Assembly (NCBI RefSeq): GCF_001276715.1
Contig: NZ_LIUQ01000077.1
Location: 3,476 to 23,599, forward strand
Length of the DNA: 20,124 nucleotides
Direction: 5' to 3'
Origin: Planktothricoides sp. SR001
Lineage (GTDB): Bacteria; Cyanobacteriota; Cyanobacteriia; Cyanobacteriales; Laspinemataceae
Shown in pieces: positions 13,679 to 20,124 of the stretch. The translations under genes and the position numbers were made by a program. The notes under the pieces are model-generated. The model made no database searches. It worked only from the letters and a program-made list of their open reading frames with translations, and was not told the DNA's origin. Every line of letters begins with the position of its first letter. Position 1 is the first letter of the stretch.

Positions 13679-16327
13679 TTAATTTTCCAAGGTTAAGAGT
13701 TTTTGCCAATCAGTGATCGCCGAATCTGGCCACATCCAATTGTTAGCTAAAGCATTCGGTTGAAAATCACTTGCCGCTAATTTCATCACCATCTTTCTTT
13801 GCTTGGTCGCTTTACTTAATAAAACGTTTTTTTCCTCTGGGGAAACTCCCTCGCTAGATTTCATCATCACTAATGCTAAACCGGCATAAGCGGTCAAGGC
13901 TTCAGGATGATCTAAGGCTTGGGTGGGTTCGAGTAATGTCACCACTTTTAACCACATATCCGAAGCTAAATCGAGATTGCCTTCCGCGTAATAAGCAAAG
14001 GCTAAGGCATTGGCATAAAAGGTAGAATTGGAGTCACTTTTTACGGAGGATTCCCAAAACCGTCGAGCATCACTCACACTATAATCTTTGTTGCCAGTTT
14101 GCACAAATTGCCAAGCTAACCGACCAGAAAGAAAGTTAATTTCTGGAGTATTTTTTTTCTGGTTAGGCACCGCTTCTAAGGTGGCTTTTGCTTGTGGCAA
14201 TGCCCCGCGATCCAGTAATAAATTTACGGCAATAACTCCCTCGGATAATTTCCCTTGGGCAAAATTTTCAATGGCGATCGCGGATAACTCTGGAGTGCTG
14301 GCTTTCTGCAACGGATTCGGTTTTTCCTTAGTGGGTTCAGAAATGGGTTCAGAAGTGGCTAAACCCCGATCTTCCGTGACCGAACTGGTGGATAAAGATG
14401 TGCTGGTTTGAGGACGCGATCGCCAAAACCCGATCGCCCCAGCGAATAGGGCGATCGCCAGAAAACTGATGACCCCAAACCTCCACCTAAAAGCTTTGTG
14501 ACTTTTTGCCGGTTTTGCTAAGGCATCAGAATTGAATGCTGATGATTTCGCTTTCGGTGATGATATTGTTGATTTCGTCTGGGAGTTTTTCTCAGTCAAT
14601 TGACTTTCCCCGGCAACTGCTTTAAAAATTTCTTCCACGTCGTCAACTTCACTTTCATATCCGAGAATATGGGGCAAAAATTCATCTTTTGCAGATAGTT
14701 TCCCCGGTTTAGCTTCAGCAGATCCGAGTTTGCCAAGTCCTAACTCACTAAAAATATCAGAAACTAAAGATTCGGCGTCATTATCCGCTGCTTCTCCTAA
14801 GTCATAATCTAAAAATTCATGCTCGTCCTCATCTTCTATTTCCTCATCGAGGAATTCATCCTCACCCTCTAGTAATTCCTCATCCGAGAGTCGGAAAAAA
14901 TGATCATCATCATCGTCCCTATCATATCCTAAATCATCTTCTAAATCATCTGGGTCAGAGGGAGAAAATCGCCACAAAAAAGCGTCGCTATTACTATTGG
15001 GTTTTCGGGGAATATCCCTCAACTGCAATCGCGAATTGGGCATCGGTCGGGGGGGAATAAACAACTCCGTATCATTGCTGGGTTGCTGAGTCAAATACCC
15101 TTGATATTTCTCATGTAAATAAAGCACAGGTAGCGCCCAATACAACTGATCGGAACCGTAGGTAGACATCAATCCTTGTCTCGCCCGATTTAAACTCAAA
15201 TCTACAGGATAACCTTGTTTCAAGTTGTAGTAAAATAAGCGAGTTAAGGTCAAAGCCACCTGATCGGGAATGCGTTCGGCCATTGCCAAAACCGCCGGAA
15301 TCCCTCGATTGACCAGCACTTCGGCTAAATTACGGTGATTATTTGTTTCCGGCGTTTCCACTTTGGCGCTATGGGTACTCCGACAAGAGTTAAACACTGC
15401 TAGGTGAATGCCATTATTGACTAATAATCCGGCTAAATCATCGCCATTTAAAACTTCACCTAATCCCGTTTGTTGATTGACTAAATACAGTTCGCCCCCT
15501 CTAGAACCCAGGTTACTATGACCGGCGTAATGTAATACATGATAAGAATTTTGTTCGAGAACTTGGGTCAGCTTTTTTCGGTCGGGATGTTCGAGAATGT
15601 CTAATTCAATTTGGGGCAAAGGTGTATTTCCCCAAGTGCCATTAGTTGTCGGTTTTTTTAGTTCGGCTTTGAGGGCGTTTGCTTCTTGTTTTAAGGCTAA
15701 ATTTGCTTGATCTGTTGGTGCCGCTACGACCATTAAAATTTTCAACGGGCTGCTCGGTGGCGGGGGTAAAATTAATGATGATAAACTAGGTTGATAACGA
15801 GAAAAAATTACATCTTTGCCCGTGGCAATGGGGCGACTGTCTTCGTGGATCACTTCCCAAGGAAGACGGGGCAAAATACTGTCTTTTAGTCCTAAACGTA
15901 AGCGTAATACGGCCCCTTGGTTATGAGCGATCGCCTGTGCGGAGGTAAGGCGATCGCGCAGATCCCCTTGAAACAATGCCTCATACATTTCTCGACCCAG
16001 ATCCACCAGAGTGCGAATGTGAAAACGACTAGAAATCACCGCCACATCCCCATCTCCGGGCACAGTTTCCTCGTCCGTATCCCCGTGAGTATCATAAAGA
16101 ACATCATCTTCCAGAGACGCCGATAAACCATACCCGTGCCACAAACCGGCCACCGAGTCATCCATCAAGCGGCTGGCTTGTTCCAGCCATTCTTCCACCG
16201 GGAAAATCACCTGCTCTTCCGCAGGCAATACTCCTTTGGGTGACTCTTCGGTTCGCACCAGATAATGATTTTTTTCCCGGTTAATCGGGGTAATGGACAG
16301 ATGTAACTCTTCAAATTTTTGGCTCAC
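13679..16327 (-). CDS. CHAT-domain (caspase-like) protease with acidic linker, single TM helix and C-terminal TPR-like region
   Basis: The CHAT catalytic dyad context is 'HVLHYAGHS' (His) and 'LAVFNSCRS' (Cys), and the CHAT domain starts 'KILMVVAAPTDQANL'. A D/E-rich linker follows ('DDDDDHFF...EDEDEHEF'). The predicted TM is 'FGVISFLAIALFAGAIGFW'. The C-terminal ~240 aa carry TPR-like repeats ('YANALAFAYYAEGNLDLASDMW'). Confidence 0.8.
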   Translation of the reverse strand: MSQKFEELHLSITPINREKNHYLVRTEESPKGVLPAEEQVIFPVEEWLEQASRLMDDSVAGLWHGYGLSASLEDDVLYDTHGDTDEETVPGDGDVAVISSRFHIRTLVDLGREMYEALFQGDLRDRLTSAQAIAHNQGAVLRLRLGLKDSILPRLPWEVIHEDSRPIATGKDVIFSRYQPSLSSLILPPPPSSPLKILMVVAAPTDQANLALKQEANALKAELKKPTTNGTWGNTPLPQIELDILEHPDRKKLTQVLEQNSYHVLHYAGHSNLGSRGGELYLVNQQTGLGEVLNGDDLAGLLVNNGIHLAVFNSCRSTHSAKVETPETNNHRNLAEVLVNRGIPAVLAMAERIPDQVALTLTRLFYYNLKQGYPVDLSLNRARQGLMSTYGSDQLYWALPVLYLHEKYQGYLTQQPSNDTELFIPPRPMPNSRLQLRDIPRKPNSNSDAFLWRFSPSDPDDLEDDLGYDRDDDDDHFFRLSDEELLEGEDEFLDEEIEDEDEHEFLDYDLGEAADNDAESLVSDIFSELGLGKLGSAEAKPGKLSAKDEFLPHILGYESEVDDVEEIFKAVAGESQLTEKNSQTKSTISSPKAKSSAFNSDALAKPAKSHKAFRWRFGVISFLAIALFAGAIGFWRSRPQTSTSLSTSSVTEDRGLATSEPISEPTKEKPNPLQKASTPELSAIAIENFAQGKLSEGVIAVNLLLDRGALPQAKATLEAVPNQKKNTPEINFLSGRLAWQFVQTGNKDYSVSDARRFWESSVKSDSNSTFYANALAFAYYAEGNLDLASDMWLKVVTLLEPTQALDHPEALTAYAGLALVMMKSSEGVSPEEKNVLLSKATKQRKMVMKLAASDFQPNALANNWMWPDSAITDWQKLLTLEN

Positions 16328-16477
16328 AATTTTACTGCACTCCTGTCGATCGCCTGGTTTTTTCTAAAGTTGTTCTAAGGTCTTGTCCACTTGACTCGGT
16401 GTTCAAGATCGATCGTATTCTTCTTTACTCTAGTGAAATATTCCGGAAGTGACTACATTGATACCTATTGTTAATTG

Positions 16478-16597
16478 TTCTTGGTTATTGGTTATTGGTT
16501 GTGTCAGTCAAATAACTAATAACCAATAACCAACAATAATTGTTAATTGTTATTGGTTATTGGTTATTGGTTGTGTCAGCCAAATAACCATCAACCA
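16478..16597. repeat. Heptamer tandem repeats (TTGGTTA and complement AACCAAT; AACCATC x3) forming long hairpins
   Basis: ttggttattggttattggttg...taaccaataaccaacaa arms are complementary. A second copy follows, and the tract ends with aaccatc x3 abutting the murF stop codon. Confidence 0.8.
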
Positions 16598-17980
16598 TCA
16601 ACCATCAGCGATAAACTTTTGCACCACTTGATTTAGTTGGACGGAATGAGAGGCTTTAAAGAGAATGCGATCGCCTGATAGGACGAATTCTTTTAAGCGT
16701 TGAGCCAGGAAATCTAAGGCATTGGGTTGGCTGGTATCTAAAATTTCCATAAAAGGTAAATCCCCCGCGCCAACGGCCATAGCCTCCGCTTCGGCCAGGT
16801 CAGCAAAAATAAATAGAGCATCGACCCCTAAGTCATGGGCGATCGCCCCCACTTGCTGATGGAATTCCAGCGATCGCTCTCCCAACTCCTTCATGGTTCC
16901 CAAAACGGCGATATGACGATTGCCGGGAGTTTCCATCAACAGATGCAACGCAGCGGTCATCGATTCTAACCCAGCATTATAAGTTTCATCCAAAACCACA
17001 ATATCATTGGCCAACTGATAACGCTTGGATCTGCCTTCGGGAAGATTCACCGCCAAACCCTCAGTCAGCGGTTGCCAACTGATACCGAGAACCCGGGCTA
17101 CCGCTAAAGCCGCCAGGTAATTCAGAGCATTATGACGCCCAACCAGGGGTAGGGGCAACTCAAACCCTTGCACTTGCAAGATTTCTGAATTGAGCAGTTC
17201 GCCCCGTAGTTCCCCGGATTCTAATCCATAAGTGAGGGTTTTGCCTTCCCAGACCGTAGCCGCAGTCTTGATTAAGCGGGAGTTATCGTGATTGAGAATT
17301 GCCCAACCATCCGCCATCGTCATCTTTTCTAAGAGTTCGCATTTGGCGGCTGCGATCGCTGCTTCAGAACCGAGTAATTCAATATGGGCTGTTCCCACAT
17401 TGGTAATCACCCCAATGGTCGGATTAGCAATTTCCGTCAGTTCGGCAATTTGTCCGGCACCACGCATGGCCATTTCGATCACCGCGTACTGATGCTCGGA
17501 AGTTAAGCCCAAGAGGGTTTTGGGCACGCCGATTTCGTTGTTGTAATTTTTTTCCGTTTTCAGCACCTTGCCTTGGGTGCCTAATACCGCAGCAATCAAC
17601 TCCTTGGTGGTGGTTTTGCCCACGGAACCCGTCACCCCAATCACGGGAATCTCAAATTGCTCCCGCCACCAATGGGCGATCGCCTGATAAGCTTTCAGGG
17701 TATCGCGCACCACCAACAGTGGCATCGTCGGATCTGTCGCGTCATAGTCCCGATCCACAATAGCCGCGATCGCGCCCTTCTGCAAAGCCGCAGCCACAAA
17801 CTGATGCCCATCAAACTGAGTGCCGCGAAATGCCAGGAACACCTCCTCTGGCTGTAATATCCGGGTATCTGTACAAACCCCGGTAGCGGGAAGAAGCCTG
17901 ATATCTTCGGAGACATTGACCGCATCCGCATCCAACAGAGCAATTAATCGATCTATCGTGACAGAAAAAGACATGATCAT
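16598..17980 (-). CDS. murF: UDP-N-acetylmuramoyl-tripeptide--D-alanyl-D-alanine ligase
   Basis: The P-loop 'GVTGSVGKTTTKE' and 'NYNNEIGVP' are MurF hallmarks. The N-terminus 'CTDTRILQPEEVFLAFRGTQFDGHQF' matches MurF 'TDSR.L.PGDLFVAL.GE.FDGH'. Confidence 0.9.
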   Translation of the reverse strand: MIMSFSVTIDRLIALLDADAVNVSEDIRLLPATGVCTDTRILQPEEVFLAFRGTQFDGHQFVAAALQKGAIAAIVDRDYDATDPTMPLLVVRDTLKAYQAIAHWWREQFEIPVIGVTGSVGKTTTKELIAAVLGTQGKVLKTEKNYNNEIGVPKTLLGLTSEHQYAVIEMAMRGAGQIAELTEIANPTIGVITNVGTAHIELLGSEAAIAAAKCELLEKMTMADGWAILNHDNSRLIKTAATVWEGKTLTYGLESGELRGELLNSEILQVQGFELPLPLVGRHNALNYLAALAVARVLGISWQPLTEGLAVNLPEGRSKRYQLANDIVVLDETYNAGLESMTAALHLLMETPGNRHIAVLGTMKELGERSLEFHQQVGAIAHDLGVDALFIFADLAEAEAMAVGAGDLPFMEILDTSQPNALDFLAQRLKEFVLSGDRILFKASHSVQLNQVVQKFIADG

Positions 17981-18077
17981 TCGGTAAGAGATTGGCTAAG
18001 ATGATGTCATTATGCCAAGGGGTTGCCCCATATCAGCAATTATGATTCACCGATGATGGGTGAAACAGAGGATCACC

Positions 18078-18170
18078 ATGAACGACACTATCACCCCGAT
18101 AAAAGTTCAAAAAAAGCTACGAAAAATCAACGGTTTTACCCTTGTAACCGATGAGTTACAAGGCTTTTAA
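18078..18170 (+). CDS. Candidate small ORF (30 aa, MNDTITPIKVQKKLRKINGFTLVTDELQGF) with RBS and terminator
   Basis: GAGGA lies 5 nt upstream of the ATG. The stop TAA is embedded in the hairpin cccttgtaac-cgatgag-ttacaagg, followed by cttttaatttt. It is divergent from murF. Confidence 0.25.
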   Translation: MNDTITPIKVQKKLRKINGFTLVTDELQGF

Positions 18171-18177
18171 TTTTATT

Positions 18178-18226
18178 AGGTGGCGGTGCAAGTGGCGGTG
18201 TAGGTGGCGGTGTAGGTGGCGGTGAT
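18178..18226. repeat. 12-mer tandem repeat (GGTGGCGGTG[C/T]A[A/G]GT x ~4) immediately 3' of the stop of the 18226..18756 gene
   Basis: Direct reading: ggtggcggtgcaagtggcggtgtaggtggcggtgtaggtggcggtg. Confidence 0.8.
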
Positions 18227-18756
18227 TATGCCCGTGCAAAATCCCCGGCCCCGGCCCCGGAATTTTCCTGAGACTTGCTATCCCGGTCAAACCAGAAATC
18301 AAAAATCTGATCCACGTCTATGCCGTCAAACTTGGGCACGGCACAATAGTGGCGGATAGCATCGGCCCCCGTTCCCACCCGGCACGCATATTTTTTCTGG
18401 CAGCCAATGAGATCCAAAATGACATTGATGCGATCGCCCGTCTTAACCGGGAGCCCCCGGCCAAATGTCTCTACAAACTCATCTGGGTTTAACCTGGCAA
18501 CGGTATCGGTGAGGAACGGATCGTTATAGGCGAAATTTTCACCCGTCAAAAACCGGGATAAGCCCTTGTCAAAAAGCACCGATAAGTATGCTTGTCTGAG
18601 ACTGACTGCATACTTGCTGATTTCATGGTCAAGGCACTGAGTTTTAGAGGTAAAAGTCTGGACTTGTTTAGCATCGTGAGACACGGCAAAAGCTTTACCA
18701 ATGGTCAGGTAATACAGCAGTTGTAACGGTCGGAAACAACCGTGATCATCAGCCAT
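18226..18756 (-). CDS. Hypothetical protein (176 aa), Gly/Ala-rich C-terminus
   Basis: The ORF has no recognisable motifs. It is separated by 35 nt and a frame change from the next upstream ORF. It could be an independent gene or the 3' part of a disrupted gene. Confidence 0.45.
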   Translation of the reverse strand: MADDHGCFRPLQLLYYLTIGKAFAVSHDAKQVQTFTSKTQCLDHEISKYAVSLRQAYLSVLFDKGLSRFLTGENFAYNDPFLTDTVARLNPDEFVETFGRGLPVKTGDRINVILDLIGCQKKYACRVGTGADAIRHYCAVPKFDGIDVDQIFDFWFDRDSKSQENSGAGAGDFARA

Positions 18757-18791
18757 GATTAAAGCCTTAGAACAATAGCCATAAGTTCTAA

Positions 18792-19289
18792 CTAAATTCC
18801 CCGTTGTTTATACCGTTGAGGCTTAGTTTTTGCCACGGCATTATTAAGGGTTTTTAATTCATCATCAGAGGGATTCTCAGTGGCATCAATCTCGCTGACT
18901 TCAGCATCATAAGCCGCATTTCTAATCTCTCTGATTTCAGTATCATGCACCTTTACAGGGTCAACATAGTGGCACCGATGACCGTCGGAAGTCAGCAACC
19001 ATTCTAAATTTTCCCGGTAAGCACTTAACCCTAAATTGCTACGGGCTACAGACTCACAGTAAGCATAAAATAACCCATTATCTAAAGCGGGAAAATCTTT
19101 GAGAAAAGATTGCATTCTCTTTTTGTTGGTTTGTAAGCAATGCTTAACCTGATCCGATGATAACGCACCACCAAATTTCATATATGTAGCGTTACCTGAT
19201 TTTGGGAGCCAGATATGCCGGTCAACGGGCCAGCGATACCGTGCCACAAATTGAGCGACTGACTGAACATATTCAACGCTATAAACCAC
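18792..19289 (-). CDS. Hypothetical protein (165 aa)
   Basis: The ORF contains a P-loop-like 'LPKSGNAT', a weak resemblance to sulfotransferase PAPS-binding 'PKSGTT'. No confident family assignment is possible. Confidence 0.45.
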   Translation of the reverse strand: MVYSVEYVQSVAQFVARYRWPVDRHIWLPKSGNATYMKFGGALSSDQVKHCLQTNKKRMQSFLKDFPALDNGLFYAYCESVARSNLGLSAYRENLEWLLTSDGHRCHYVDPVKVHDTEIREIRNAAYDAEVSEIDATENPSDDELKTLNNAVAKTKPQRYKQRGI

Positions 19290-19699
19290 ATAAAAACCGT
19301 GATAAACAAGTCATTATTAATACTAAAAATTTTGTATAAAACACTGGAATAAATAACTAATTTTTATTCGCTTAAATTGCCTAGTTTACTTAATATAAAA
19401 TAGGCTTTATAATCACGTTATTTAATTAACATTATTAAAGTCAATTAAGCAAACTTAAATTTGACAATAAAGTGATAATATAGTGGCATTTTTTTGGCCA
19501 TAATACAAGGACTTAATCTTCTGGATACCGCAGAATAAAAATACGCAATTACCTTTTGAAAAGCGAGGTTTACACTCTGCTAACAGTCTGTATGGGTTGT
19601 TTTATTGGTAAATAAAAAAATCCATAATTCAGACTTATCAAACTTCTAATTATTTTGGATTTATTAACGCTACATCTGACTTGCCTAATTCAGCCATTT

Positions 19700-20124
19700 T
19701 TATAAAAAACTAAATGGAAAAATCAGATAAGTCAGCGTCAGCCAAATAAATTTTTGAAGCGTTTTGACTATCTTAAGCTGAGTCATAATTTCAGCCCGTT
19801 TTTTTCTAAAATACTTAGTATCAGCGTGTAATAAGTGATTTAAAACTTGTTCAGACTCATCAACAACCAAAAGACAACCGTCAAGGTAATTATCAACCGT
19901 CAGGTCAATTTTAGCTTTAGAATTAGGATGTAAAGAATCAATACACAGTCCTAAGCCAAAATATAAAGCCTCTAACCAATCTTTTTTAGAGGTCATCTCA
20001 TTGAGAAATTGAATCCCAAAACTGTCGCATAAGTGGGACATTAATTGCACTATGTGCCCTAGCACAATCACTTTATGACCTGCTTTTATGGCGTCACTGA
20101 CTATCTGGGAAAGTGTCCAAGTTT
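19700..20124 (-). CDS. Hypothetical protein, 3' part of a gene that continues past the window end
   Basis: The reading frame stays open upstream of the GTG at 20071 to the window edge ('...TWTLSQIVSDAIKAGHKVIVLGHIVQLMSH...'). The region is AT-rich. Confidence 0.45.
   Translation of the reverse strand, partial: TWTLSQIVSDAIKAGHKVIVLGHIVQLMSHLCDSFGIQFLNEMTSKKDWLEALYFGLGLCIDSLHPNSKAKIDLTVDNYLDGCLLVVDESEQVLNHLLHADTKYFRKKRAEIMTQLKIVKTLQKFIWLTLTYLIFPFSFL

Noticed and set aside
14088-16126. ORFs 14088..14411 (+) and 15917..16126 (+)
   Set aside because: They are antisense to the CHAT protease gene.
17292-17943. ORFs 17292..17492 (+), 17657..17857 (+) and 17695..17943 (-)
   Set aside because: They lie inside murF in other frames or antisense.
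18792-19289. Sulfotransferase assignment for the 165-aa ORF based on 'LPKSGNAT' resembling the PAPS 5'-phosphosulfate-binding loop
   Set aside because: Only one short motif matches, and the expected 3'-phosphate-binding motif is not in register. Not enough evidence, so it is left as hypothetical.

Overview
The window is cyanobacterial. The HIP1 octamer GCGATCGC occurs dozens of times, and there are heptamer tandem-repeat tracts of the kind seen in filamentous cyanobacteria. Housekeeping genes are readable throughout: dgkA, ybeY, prfB (with its programmed +1 frameshift, which ORF callers split), a BI-1/YccA-family membrane protein, an orphan NitT/TauT-type ABC ATPase, a GalU-type UDP-glucose pyrophosphorylase, cytochrome c6 and murF. 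Between them sits an accessory stretch of about 10 kb. It has two clusters of nested-palindrome MITE-like elements (~5936-6260 and ~8397-8580). These bracket an arginyl-tRNA-synthetase-derived DALR-domain paralog and a Phd/VapC-type toxin-antitoxin pair. Directly after that comes a full-length, strikingly metazoan-like Major Vault Protein (MVP) gene. It is followed by an overlapping gene pair (an unknown protein plus an XRE-type HTH protein), a stand-alone cNMP-binding protein, and a large CHAT (caspase-like) protease carrying an acidic linker, a TM helix and a TPR-like tail. The 3' end holds hypothetical genes and a ~400 bp very AT-rich segment that looks foreign. No tRNA, rRNA or CRISPR array was found. 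All calls are by eye from the translations, with no database search run.
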